Shown here: positions 28,415 to 38,046 of the stretch, piece by piece
Layout: every line of letters begins with the position of its first letter
How positions within the stretch are numbered: the first letter of the stretch is position 1
Origin: Pontiella sp.
GTDB taxonomy: Bacteria > Verrucomicrobiota > Kiritimatiellia > Kiritimatiellales > Pontiellaceae
NCBI GenBank assembly: GCA_050290185.1
Contig: JBNKHE010000005.1
Location: 64,001 to 128,000 of the forward strand
Length of the DNA: 64,000 bases
Reading direction: 5' to 3'
Notes under the pieces: generated by a model
What the model was told of the DNA's origin: nothing
What the model saw: only the letters and a program-made list of their open reading frames with translations
Databases searched by the model: none
Position numbers and translations under genes: made by a program

Positions 28415-29785
28415 TTGAAACCTGAATCGGGAAACTTGAACCCAGAGACGTCGCAGACCGACAACTCGGAAACCGGAAACCGGAAATCAAAAGTAGTCCA
28501 TCCAGCGCGGCTGGGCGGCAGCGTAAACGTTCCCGGCGATAAGAGCATTTCCCAGCGGGTGGCCATGCTTGCTTCTCTGGCGGAAGGCACTTCGAAGGTA
28601 ACAGGTTATCTCAACGGCGAAGATGCGCGCAGTACGCTGTCTGCCATGGAACAGATGGGAGCCAAGGCGGAATTCCGCGATAATGCGCTCTATATCACCG
28701 GCGTTAATGGCCAGCTGCAGCAACCGGCCGAGCCACTCAATATGGGCAATTCCGGAACGGGCACGCGCCTGCTGGCGGGACTGGTCGCCGGCGCAGGCAT
28801 TGAAGTCACGATGATCGGCGATGACTCGCTTTCTTCCCGCCCGATGGGCCGCATCCGCCAGCCGTTGGAACTGATGGGCGCGCACATCGGACTATCCGGC
28901 CAACCCGGCACCTTGCCGATGGTGATCTGCGGCGGAAAATTGAAGGGCACCGGCTACCTGTTGCCGATGGCGTCGGCGCAGGTCAAATCGTGTGTGCTTC
29001 TGGCCGGTCTGTATGCCGAAGGAAAAACCACGGTGATTGAGCCGCGCCCAACGCGCGACCATACCGAAAAGCTGTTCGAAGCACTGGGCATTCCGGTACA
29101 GATCGACGGACTGCAAATATCCATTGAGGGTTACGGCCAGGAAGGCCCTCGATTCAAGGCGCGCGATTTCGTAGTTCCCGGCGACTTTTCTTCCGCCGCG
29201 TTCTGGATTGTGGCGATCGCCGCCCGGCCGGGTGCGGAACTGGTCATGGAAAACGTGGGACTGAATCCGCGCCGCACGGCGCTGCTGGATGTGATGAAGC
29301 GAATGGGAGCGGAGATCGAAGTCACCGTTACGGAAGAGCAGGGCGATCCCTACGGCACTCTCCGGGTGAAAGGGGCGCAGCTCAAGGGCACGGTGATTGA
29401 AGGGGATGAAATCCCGAATCTGATCGACGAACTGCCGATCATTGCCGTCGCCGGTGCTTTGGCGGAAGGACTGACGGAAATCCGCGATGCCGCCGAGCTG
29501 CGCGTGAAAGAGTCGGACCGTATTGCCGAGATGGTGAAAAACCTGCGGCAGTTTGGCGTCGAAGTCGAAGAGCTGGACGACGGGATGATTGTGACGGGGC
29601 CCGCCGACTTGAAAACCCCGAACGTAGCGATCGATAGCCACGGCGACCATCGGATTGCCATGTCGATAGCTATATTGAATACATTTAGTGACGCGCCGGT
29701 AACCATTGAAAATGTGGGATGCGTGAACACCTCGTATCCCGAATTCTGGGAGCACATGGAGCAACTCGGCGGAAAGGTTGAATAG
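28415..29785 (+). CDS. aroA: 3-phosphoshikimate 1-carboxyvinyltransferase
   Basis: PGDKSIS, GNSGT, SAQVKS, RDHTE, ELRVKESDRI, DHRIAMS. Confidence 0.96.
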   Translation: MKPESGNLNPETSQTDNSETGNRKSKVVHPARLGGSVNVPGDKSISQRVAMLASLAEGTSKVTGYLNGEDARSTLSAMEQMGAKAEFRDNALYITGVNGQLQQPAEPLNMGNSGTGTRLLAGLVAGAGIEVTMIGDDSLSSRPMGRIRQPLELMGAHIGLSGQPGTLPMVICGGKLKGTGYLLPMASAQVKSCVLLAGLYAEGKTTVIEPRPTRDHTEKLFEALGIPVQIDGLQISIEGYGQEGPRFKARDFVVPGDFSSAAFWIVAIAARPGAELVMENVGLNPRRTALLDVMKRMGAEIEVTVTEEQGDPYGTLRVKGAQLKGTVIEGDEIPNLIDELPIIAVAGALAEGLTEIRDAAELRVKESDRIAEMVKNLRQFGVEVEELDDGMIVTGPADLKTPNVAIDSHGDHRIAMSIAILNTFSDAPVTIENVGCVNTSYPEFWEHMEQLGGKVE

Positions 29786-29788
29786 TTC

Positions 29789-30460
29789 GTGGAAAATGTA
29801 AAAACAATTGCGATAGACGGGCCGTCGGCCTCTGGGAAGTCTACGGTTTCAAAAGGCGTGGCCACAGAGCTCGGATTCATTTACGTGGATTCAGGAGCAT
29901 TGTATCGCGGAGTGACATGGCAGGCCTTGCTCAAGGGCGTGGATCCGAAGAATGCTGAAGCGGTGATTGATGCCATGCACAATGCCGAATGGGATTTCTT
30001 TGTACAGGATGGGGCCGCTGTCTTTTCGGTTGATGGCAATGTTCCTGTGCAGGAGTTGCGCGAAAAGGATGTCCGCGAGTCGGTCGCTGATGTCGCGGCC
30101 ATTCCAGAGGTACGTAAGTTTGTGGTCGGCAGTCTCCAGTCGCTGGCCAACTTTGGCTCTCTGGTAATGGAAGGGCGCGATATCGGAACCGTCGTTTTTC
30201 CGGATTCGCCCTACAAGTTTTATCTTGATGCCGATCCCGAAGAACGGGCGATGCGGCGCTACCGGGAACTGGTTGCGGCCGGCGAGGATGAAAAGGCGCA
30301 CGAAGTCATGGAAAGCCTCAAGAAGCGCGACCAGATCGACTCGACCCGCAAAACGGATCCCCTGGTGGTGGCGCCGGGAGCGCATGTGATCGACAGTACA
30401 TCGATGACGCTTGAAGAAGTGATCCAGACCGTAACCAAGGCCGTGAAAGGGGAATCATGA
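29789..30460 (+). CDS. cmk: Cytidylate kinase
   Basis: IAIDGPSASGKST, DSGALYR, EGRDIGTVVFP. Confidence 0.96.
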   Translation: MENVKTIAIDGPSASGKSTVSKGVATELGFIYVDSGALYRGVTWQALLKGVDPKNAEAVIDAMHNAEWDFFVQDGAAVFSVDGNVPVQELREKDVRESVADVAAIPEVRKFVVGSLQSLANFGSLVMEGRDIGTVVFPDSPYKFYLDADPEERAMRRYRELVAAGEDEKAHEVMESLKKRDQIDSTRKTDPLVVAPGAHVIDSTSMTLEEVIQTVTKAVKGES

Positions 30461-31107
30461 TTGATCCGGTAAAGCACGAAGTCATGGCCGACATGCGCGT
30501 ATATCAGTTTTCCACACGCCTGTTTAAGCTGTTCTTGCTGATCTGGCATCGGCTGCGTATCCGCGGTGTGGAAAATATTCCCGAGCGGGGCGGCGTGCTG
30601 GTGGCCTCGAACCATGCCAGTTTTCTTGACCCGCCGGTCGTCGGCGTGGGCTATCGCGGCCGGCCGATCCACTTCATGGCGCGCGACACTCTCTGGAATT
30701 CAAAATTCGGGAAGTGGTGGATGGATCGGGTTGGATGTATTCCTGTTTCCCGCGGAACGGGTGACGTGAAAGCGCTGAAGCTGACGATCAAGGCCCTGAA
30801 GGAAGGGAAAGCCGTATCCATGTTTCCGGAAGGAACCCGTACCGAGACCGGCGAATTACAGGAAGCCAAAGGCGGCATCGGGTTCATTATCGAAAAGTCC
30901 GGTTGCGTGGTCGTTCCGGCCTACATCAACGGCACCTACAAAGCCCACCCCAAAGGCACTAAATTCATCAAGCCCTGCAAAGTAACCATTACCTATGGAA
31001 AGCCCATCACCCAGGAGGATTTCCAGGCTTTGGGTAGCGGTCGTGACGCCTATGATAAGCACGCCGCACTGATCATGCAGCGCATTGCCGATCTTAAGGA
31101 AGGTTGA
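30457..31107 (+). CDS. plsC: 1-acyl-sn-glycerol-3-phosphate acyltransferase
   Basis: NHASFLD and FPEGTR motifs. Confidence 0.88.
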   Translation: MIDPVKHEVMADMRVYQFSTRLFKLFLLIWHRLRIRGVENIPERGGVLVASNHASFLDPPVVGVGYRGRPIHFMARDTLWNSKFGKWWMDRVGCIPVSRGTGDVKALKLTIKALKEGKAVSMFPEGTRTETGELQEAKGGIGFIIEKSGCVVVPAYINGTYKAHPKGTKFIKPCKVTITYGKPITQEDFQALGSGRDAYDKHAALIMQRIADLKEG

Positions 31108-31237
31108 TGGATCATCAACTTGACCAACTTGGCCAACCAGTATGCTTGCGGAGGTTGGGCATGAAAAAACGAATCAACATATACGAAGCCAGGACGCATC
31201 GTTCCGGGGTGATCAAGCAGGTCAAGGTGGTTTCGGA

Positions 31238-33397
31238 ATGAAGCAGGCACACGACGCGCTCCATCGTATTTTCGGGTTCCGCAGCTTCCGTCCAAATCAG
31301 GAGGCGATCGTCTCGAACATTCTGGCCGGGCATGATGTCTTTGCGGTGATGCCGACCGGCGGTGGAAAGTCGCTCTGCTACCAGTTGCCGGCCCATTTGC
31401 TCGACGGACTGTGCGTGGTGATCAGTCCGCTGATTTCGCTGATGAAGGACCAGGTCGATGCGGCCAAGGCCAATGGGCTTGATGCGGAATTCCTGAACAG
31501 TTCACTCGCACCAAAGGATCGGGTGCGCGTGTATCAGGCGCTGGAAAACCATCAGCTCGATCTGCTCTACGTTTCTCCGGAGCGTTTTGCGATGCCCGAC
31601 TTCATGATTACGCTCAAGCAGGCGAAGGTCTCTTTTTTTGCGATCGACGAAGCGCACTGTATCTCGGAGTGGGGGCACGATTTCCGTCCGGATTATCTCT
31701 TGCTCTCCAATATCGTTGAGCATTTCCCAAAAGCAACCATTGCCGCCTTTACGGCTACGGCGACGCATAAGGTTTCGGACGATATCATTAAAAAACTCGG
31801 TCTGCGCAATCCGCATCTGACGCGCGCCTCGTTCGATCGTCCAAACCTGTTCTACCAGGTGGTTCCGAAAGAAAATCTGGATCTGCAAATCCTGCATTTC
31901 CTGCACGAGCACAAGAATGAATCAGGCATCATCTACCGGACCACGCGCAAAAACGTCGAATCGACGGCGGAATTCCTACAGGAGCAGGGTATACAGGCCC
32001 TGGCGTATCACGCCGGGCTGACGCCGAAACAGCGCAAGGAAAACCAGGACCGCTTCAACCGCGATGAAGTCGAGGTGGTGGTGGCCACAATCGCATTCGG
32101 CATGGGGATTGATAAATCCAACGTCCGCTTCGTGCTGCACGGTGACCTGCCGAAGAACATGGAAGGCTACTATCAGGAAACGGGGCGGGCCGGCCGCGAT
32201 GGCGAACCTTCGCACTGCCGCCTCTTTTTCAACCGCAGCGACATGGTTCGTCTTCGCTACTTTATCGAACAGACTGACGATCCTCGCGAACGGAAAATGG
32301 CCGAGCAGCAGCTGTTCGATATGGTCCGGTTTGCCGAAGCCAACGTCTGCCGTCGCAAGAGTATCCTAGGCTACTTTGGGGAAACCTACGAAAAGGACAA
32401 CTGCAAGACCTGCGATGTTTGCATGGGCGAGGTGGAACGCGTCGACGCCACCATTCCAGCGCAGAAGGTCATGTCGGCCATTTACCGTTCCGGACAAAAG
32501 TTCGGTGCGGCGCATATTGCTGATATTGTGGCCGGCGCCAAAACGAAAAGGATTCGGGAGCTGGGCCATGACCAGCTTCAGACCTACGGCGCCGGGAAGG
32601 ATATGGACAAGAAATATTGGCGGCGGGTCATCGACGATCTGCTGGCGCAGGATTGCATTCGCCAGAATGCCGAACAGTTTTCTGCGCTCGAACTGACCAC
32701 CAGGGGCCGGGAGGTGCTGCTCGGGAAGAAGACGTTCGAGGTGATCCGGCAGAAGGATGTGAAGCGGACCGATCTTTCCGGCTTTACCGGCGACTATTCG
32801 GCCAAACTCTTTGCCCAGCTACGCACCGAACGCCAACGCCTTGCCCAGCAGGAAGGCGTTCCGCCCTTCGTGGTGTTCTCCGACCGCACCCTGCGCGAAA
32901 TGGCGCTCTATTTTCCCGACACGCCGGAAGAAATGGCGGGAATTTCCGGCGTTGGCGATGCCAAGCTCGAAAAATATGGCGATACCTTCATGACCATTAT
33001 TGAGATGTATAAATACGCGCATCCTGAAGAGGCGCAACAACGTTCGATTCTCCAAGTGCCCGTGAAGGTCAAAAAGACCCGGAAAAAGAAAAACGGCCAA
33101 ACGGTAAAAGAAACCCTAAGGATGGCGAAACAGGGATTTTCGATAGAGGCCATTGCTGCGGTGCGTGATCTTTCCGAGAGCACCATCAGCCAGCACCTTG
33201 AAACGCTACTGGAGGAGGGAAACCTTGAAGGCGTTGATATTGACTGCCTGATTGCCCCCGAAAAGCGCCTGTTATGCGAGGAACTGTTCAATCGTCTCTC
33301 CGGCGCATCCATGCGATCCATCATCGAAGCCTCCGGCAATAAGGTGACCTATGCGGATCTTCGTCTGGTCAGGGCCTTTATGCAGGCGAAAAAATAG
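31238..33397 (+). CDS. recQ: ATP-dependent DNA helicase RecQ with RQC, HRDC and C-terminal HTH
   Basis: MPTGGGKSLCYQ, DEAHCISEWGHDFRP, QETGRAGRDG, PPFVVFSDRTL; alternative start at 31142. Confidence 0.95.
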   Translation: MKQAHDALHRIFGFRSFRPNQEAIVSNILAGHDVFAVMPTGGGKSLCYQLPAHLLDGLCVVISPLISLMKDQVDAAKANGLDAEFLNSSLAPKDRVRVYQALENHQLDLLYVSPERFAMPDFMITLKQAKVSFFAIDEAHCISEWGHDFRPDYLLLSNIVEHFPKATIAAFTATATHKVSDDIIKKLGLRNPHLTRASFDRPNLFYQVVPKENLDLQILHFLHEHKNESGIIYRTTRKNVESTAEFLQEQGIQALAYHAGLTPKQRKENQDRFNRDEVEVVVATIAFGMGIDKSNVRFVLHGDLPKNMEGYYQETGRAGRDGEPSHCRLFFNRSDMVRLRYFIEQTDDPRERKMAEQQLFDMVRFAEANVCRRKSILGYFGETYEKDNCKTCDVCMGEVERVDATIPAQKVMSAIYRSGQKFGAAHIADIVAGAKTKRIRELGHDQLQTYGAGKDMDKKYWRRVIDDLLAQDCIRQNAEQFSALELTTRGREVLLGKKTFEVIRQKDVKRTDLSGFTGDYSAKLFAQLRTERQRLAQQEGVPPFVVFSDRTLREMALYFPDTPEEMAGISGVGDAKLEKYGDTFMTIIEMYKYAHPEEAQQRSILQVPVKVKKTRKKKNGQTVKETLRMAKQGFSIEAIAAVRDLSESTISQHLETLLEEGNLEGVDIDCLIAPEKRLLCEELFNRLSGASMRSIIEASGNKVTYADLRLVRAFMQAKK

Positions 33398-33478
33398 GCA
33401 GTGGAATAAACTGGTGTCTCCGCTCACTTCGGTTCAGGTTCCCCCGTTTCCAAAATAAAACCCACAGGATCCATCAAC

Positions 33479-34591
33479 GTGAATACATTTAAAGATTTAG
33501 GCATAGCCGAAGGCTATCTGAAGGGCTTGGCGGAGCTGGGCATTGAAACCCCGACCGAAGTGCAGGCCAAATCCATTCCGATGCTGCTGGGAAAAACCAC
33601 CGATTTTATCGGACAGGCGCAGACCGGCACCGGGAAAACCGCCGCATTTGGACTCCCGTTGCTCGCTGGAATCAATCCGACCCAGCCGCAGATCCAGGCG
33701 GTGGTTCTGGCACCCACCCGTGAACTGGCCAAGCAGGTGCAGAAACAGCTGTTCCGCTTCACCAAGTATTCCGCACGTATCTTTTCCGAGGTCGTTTGCG
33801 GCGGCGATAAGATTGACCGGCAGATCGAGTCGCTGAAGCGTCCGACGCAGGTGCTGGTAGCCACGCCCGGCCGCCTGATGGATCTGATCCGTCGCAAGGC
33901 CGTCGACCTTTCGGCCGTTCGCACGCTCGTGCTCGACGAAGCAGATGAAATGCTCAAGCTGGGCTTTCGGGAAGACCTTGAACAGATCATGAAGATTACC
34001 GCCGGCAATCGGCATATCTGGCTCTTCTCGGCCACCATGCCGACCGGGATCAAGAAGATGATCAGCACGCATCTTGCATCCGATGCCCCGTTCCTCAAGA
34101 TCGACAAAAAACACATCGTCAATCCCAACATACGCCACCAGTACATGGTGTGCAAAGAGGGGGAAAAGCTGGATAAAATCGTCGGGTTTCTAAGTGACCG
34201 CGGCCAGCAGCGCGGCCTGATTTTCTGCCGGACAAGGGCGGATACGATTGCCTTCGCGAAGGAGCTGGAACCGCACGGATTCTCGGCATTGGTGCTGCAT
34301 GGGGATCTGATGCAGACGGAACGCGACAAAATCATGCGGATGTTCAAGAAGGAACGCGCGCGCATCCTGATTGCCACCGATATCGCGGCGCGCGGAATCG
34401 ACATCGATGATCTTTCCTTTGTGATCCACCACCAGCTGCCCGAGAAGAACGAATACTATACGCATCGCAGTGGCCGTACCGCCCGCGCTGGCAAGTCGGG
34501 AATATCGCTGGCGCTGATCCACCGCCTCGAAGCCAAGCGCATTGTCCGGCTTGAAAAGGAACTCGGCATCCGCTTCCAGGAAATTGACTAA
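33479..34591 (+). CDS. DEAD-box RNA helicase (core domains only)
   Basis: AQTGTGKT, PTRELA, TPGR, DEAD, SAT, ARGID, HRSGRTARAG. Confidence 0.95.
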   Translation: MNTFKDLGIAEGYLKGLAELGIETPTEVQAKSIPMLLGKTTDFIGQAQTGTGKTAAFGLPLLAGINPTQPQIQAVVLAPTRELAKQVQKQLFRFTKYSARIFSEVVCGGDKIDRQIESLKRPTQVLVATPGRLMDLIRRKAVDLSAVRTLVLDEADEMLKLGFREDLEQIMKITAGNRHIWLFSATMPTGIKKMISTHLASDAPFLKIDKKHIVNPNIRHQYMVCKEGEKLDKIVGFLSDRGQQRGLIFCRTRADTIAFAKELEPHGFSALVLHGDLMQTERDKIMRMFKKERARILIATDIAARGIDIDDLSFVIHHQLPEKNEYYTHRSGRTARAGKSGISLALIHRLEAKRIVRLEKELGIRFQEID

Positions 34592-34650
34592 AACGGCAGA
34601 ATGTCCCAGGGACGTACAGTGCGTGCATAAAGCTTAATCACTTGAAACTC

Positions 34651-35151
34651 ATGAAGGATGACATCCAGATTTTTACGGACGGCGCCTGCAAGGGAAATCC
34701 CGGACCGGGCGGTTATGGCGTGGTACTGATTGCTGGGAACCGCAAGCGCGAGCTTTCCGGCGGCTTCCGGAAAACCACCAACAACCGCATGGAACTGATA
34801 GCCTGTATCGAAGGGCTTCGTTCCCTGAAGCGCCCCTGCAGGGTCGTGCTGACAAGCGACTCGAAATATGTCGTTAACGCAATGGTCAAGGGCTGGGCGA
34901 AAAAGTGGCGTTCCAAAGGATGGAAATTGTCGCCTTCCAAGCCTGCCAAGAACCCCGATCTATGGGCGCAGCTGCTGGATCTATGCGATGAACATAAGGT
35001 CGACTTCCAGTGGGTTAAAGGCCATAACGAGCATCCGGAAAACGAGCGTTGCGACGAACTGGCCGTCGCGGCATCCAATGGGAAAGATCTCCCGGCCGAT
35101 GCCGCCTTCGAATCACCGGCACTTCCCGAAGGCGATCTGTTCAGCCTTTAG
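34651..35151 (+). CDS. rnhA: Ribonuclease HI
   Basis: TDGACKGNPGPGG, TTNNRMEL, SDSKYV, WVKGH, ENERCDELA. Confidence 0.96.
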   Translation: MKDDIQIFTDGACKGNPGPGGYGVVLIAGNRKRELSGGFRKTTNNRMELIACIEGLRSLKRPCRVVLTSDSKYVVNAMVKGWAKKWRSKGWKLSPSKPAKNPDLWAQLLDLCDEHKVDFQWVKGHNEHPENERCDELAVAASNGKDLPADAAFESPALPEGDLFSL

Positions 35152-35168
35152 CAACTGGAGTACAGAAT

Positions 35169-35516
35169 ATGAAAAAAACATTCGACCTGACCCACGAGAA
35201 GATCAAATACCCGCGCATGGTGGATGCGGTAAAAAACGAGATCCGTAAATACATCAAGCGCGAGCGTCGGAAGACACTGCCGGAATGGGCGGATTTCTGG
35301 GACTTCGATTGCAAATTCGGCGATGCCGAGCCCGAAGCTAAAACTATTCATCTTGCAGAAATTGACGCCTGCATCAACGATGCCGCGAAACGTGAATTAA
35401 AGTCGTTCTACGTGGAAATCATGGCCAAGCCGGGCTGTCGCACCAAAAAGCCCAAGCAGGGTGAAGAACGGCCCAAACCGGAACTCCCTAAAATAAAAAC
35501 CTTTGGCGAAGATTAA
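35169..35516 (+). CDS. Conserved small protein (DUF6172-like)
   Basis: MKKTF...VKNEIRKYIKRERRKTLPE..DFWDFDCKFG...SFYVEIMAKPG pattern. Confidence 0.7.
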   Translation: MKKTFDLTHEKIKYPRMVDAVKNEIRKYIKRERRKTLPEWADFWDFDCKFGDAEPEAKTIHLAEIDACINDAAKRELKSFYVEIMAKPGCRTKKPKQGEERPKPELPKIKTFGED

Positions 35517-35623
35517 TCCGCTTTCCCTGAATGGTCCTCGCAGAGCCACTGGGTTTGCGGAGTCATATATTTTCTCTGCCCGCTCTGCGGCACGGCAAAA
35601 AAATGTCTGATGGAGTACGTCAT

Positions 35624-36331
35624 ATGCAACAGAAGAAAGCTTTCAAGCAACCTCCCAGAAAGTTCCATCCAAAAGGGCTGACCATCCTGTATGAGGATTG
35701 GGATATTCTCGTGGTAGACAAAGCCTGTGGCCTGCTTTCGGTGAGTAGCGAGACGGTTCGCGAGAATGCCGCGCACTATCTGCTCAACGAATATGTGCGC
35801 AAGGGAAATTCCAAGTCACAGAACCGGGTCTATATCGTGCACCGGCTGGGTCGCGACACGTCCGGCGTGCTGGTCTTTGCCAAGAGCGAACAGGCCAAGA
35901 AATATCTGCAGGATGAATGGACAAACTTTAAAATGGCATACTATGCGGTTGTCCGGGGCTCATTGCCCGAAAAGAAGGGAATGATCACCTCGTTTCTTGC
36001 GGAAAACAGCATTCATAACATGTATTCCGTATCCGATCCGGAAAAAGGAAAGTTTGCCAGGACGGCTTACACGGTGTTGAAAGAATCAGCACAATACAGC
36101 TTGGTGGAGGTCGATCCGATGACCGACCGTAAAAACCAAATCCGTGTCCATCTGGCCGATCTGGGTTGCTCGGTAGTGGGAGATAAAAAGTACGGAACCA
36201 AGGAAAAGGGCGACAAGCGACTGTGCCTTCATTCCGCCAAACTAACGATCAAGCATCCTTTCACCAAGGAAACGATGACCTTCGAAGCGCCCGTGCCCAC
36301 CTATTTCAATACGGTTTTATCCCGGAATTAG
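35624..36331 (+). CDS. RluA family pseudouridine synthase with catalytic Asp replaced
   Basis: LYED..ILVVDK, HRLGRDTSG (canonical HRLD), NQIRVH, GDKKYG, LCLHS. Confidence 0.85.
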   Translation: MQQKKAFKQPPRKFHPKGLTILYEDWDILVVDKACGLLSVSSETVRENAAHYLLNEYVRKGNSKSQNRVYIVHRLGRDTSGVLVFAKSEQAKKYLQDEWTNFKMAYYAVVRGSLPEKKGMITSFLAENSIHNMYSVSDPEKGKFARTAYTVLKESAQYSLVEVDPMTDRKNQIRVHLADLGCSVVGDKKYGTKEKGDKRLCLHSAKLTIKHPFTKETMTFEAPVPTYFNTVLSRN

Positions 36332-36685
36332 CGCGGGGCTTAAAACTCTATGTCCGTGATCTGTGATCGCGCCGACTAGATCTAACTTTTTAAAACACTC
36401 GCTGCGCATAAAACACGCTAAGTATGCATAACGCATCATCCGGGTCTTCGTGTTGAAACGATCGCCGGAGATAGAGCTTTGCGCTACCGATGACATCGGA
36501 CAGGGCTTCATGGTGCATTTCCGCCGGTCAGCCAGTTCAAGTTCGCTATAGTCGAGATCATAATGTTCCATGGTGCGACGCAGGACGGATCTCTGTTCCG
36601 TTTCTGTTGGTATTGAAACCACGATATGCTAATGAAATATTGATTATAAATCGCTATGATGCGCGCTTTTGAAGGGGAAAATACA

Positions 36686-37930
36686 ATGTTGAGAACATGG
36701 ACTCAGAATTTACTGCTGTCACTCGGGGTGCCGCAGGACACAGCCGACGAACTGACCGTGGTGGTACTTACGATATTTATAGTTGCCGGGGCTTACCTGC
36801 TCTACTGGGTATTGAAAAACTATTTGCTGAAACTGATTCACCAGGTCACCCTGAAAACCTCGAACGTCTGGGATGACAAACTGATGGAGTCGCGTGTTTT
36901 CCATCGCGCCCTCCGCTTGATTCCGCTGACCTTTATTCTTCTCTGTGTAGAACGGTTGGCTCCCGGTCAGCTGGTCATGGTTAAACGCATTGTATTTGCG
37001 TTGATCATTCTGGTCGGGGCGAGATCGATCGAGGCCTTCCTGAATGCATTTTCCGATATTTACCACATGGACTCGGATGCACAACGCAAACCCATCCGGC
37101 CTTTTTTCCAGGCCCTGCTGATTGTTCTCTATCTGTTCGCCTCGATTTTCATCATCTCGGTGCTGCTGGACAAGGAACCCTGGGGGCTGTTCAGTTTGCT
37201 GGGCGGGTTGACCGCCGTCACCATGCTGGTGTTTAAAGATACCATCCTCGGGTTTGTGGCCGGCATTCAGCTTAGCGCCAATGACATGGTTCGTGAAGGC
37301 GACTGGATTGAAATGCCGAAATACGGGGCTGATGGCGACGTTATCGAAGTGGCCGTCAATACCGTCAAGGTTCGCAACTGGGACAAGACCATCTCCACCA
37401 TTCCTACCTATGCTCTCATCTCCGACTCGTTCAAAAACTGGCGTGGTATGAGCGAGTCCGGTGGACGACGCATTAAGCGCAACATCTGCATCGATATGAA
37501 CACGGTTCGGTTTGCCGACGAAGAAATGCTCAAAAAGTTTCAAGCCATGGACCTGCTGAAGGACTATGTTACGGAAACGCAGCAGAAGATCGATGCCGCT
37601 AACGCCGAACGCAACATTGATCTGTCTGCCACGGTGGTCAATGGCCGCCGCCAGACCAACTTGGGCATTTTCCGCGCTTATCTCGTACACTATCTTCACG
37701 ACAATCCGAAGATCCACAAGGGCATGACCTTCCTCGTTCGTCATCTTCAACCGACCCCGCAGGGACTGCCGATTGAGATCTATGTCTTCAGCTCCGATAA
37801 AATCTGGGCGAACTACGAAAGCATTCAGGCCGATATTTTCGACCACATTCTTGCGGCGCTCCCCGAGTTCGGACTCCGGGTCTATCAGCAACCATCCGGC
37901 GCCGATATCGCGGGGCTGAGGATCGGGTAG
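36686..37930 (+). CDS. Mechanosensitive channel MscS family (YbdG-like)
   Basis: FKDTILGFVAGIQL, GDWIEMPKYGADGDV, NWRGMSESGGRRIKR, TNLGIFRAY. Confidence 0.92.
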   Translation: MLRTWTQNLLLSLGVPQDTADELTVVVLTIFIVAGAYLLYWVLKNYLLKLIHQVTLKTSNVWDDKLMESRVFHRALRLIPLTFILLCVERLAPGQLVMVKRIVFALIILVGARSIEAFLNAFSDIYHMDSDAQRKPIRPFFQALLIVLYLFASIFIISVLLDKEPWGLFSLLGGLTAVTMLVFKDTILGFVAGIQLSANDMVREGDWIEMPKYGADGDVIEVAVNTVKVRNWDKTISTIPTYALISDSFKNWRGMSESGGRRIKRNICIDMNTVRFADEEMLKKFQAMDLLKDYVTETQQKIDAANAERNIDLSATVVNGRRQTNLGIFRAYLVHYLHDNPKIHKGMTFLVRHLQPTPQGLPIEIYVFSSDKIWANYESIQADIFDHILAALPEFGLRVYQQPSGADIAGLRIG

Positions 37931-38046
37931 GGGGGCGCCCGGTTCACCGACCAACGCTTCTGGGAAGCGCCACTGCAGGTCGGGTCGGAATGGTCGTGTC
38001 GGTGCTTGGAAGCGCTTCCCGCGAATAGGGCTTTATGCCTGTCAAA

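Noticed and set aside
36317..36622. 101-aa minus-strand ORF between RluA and MscS
   Set aside because: No recognisable motif or RBS; may be a decayed gene remnant but cannot be supported
36719..37954. 411-aa antisense ORF (likewise 38785..40017, 16134..17066, 28892..29764, 33514..34404, 4594..5436)
   Set aside because: Shadow frames opposite well-supported genes, with no recognisable motifs
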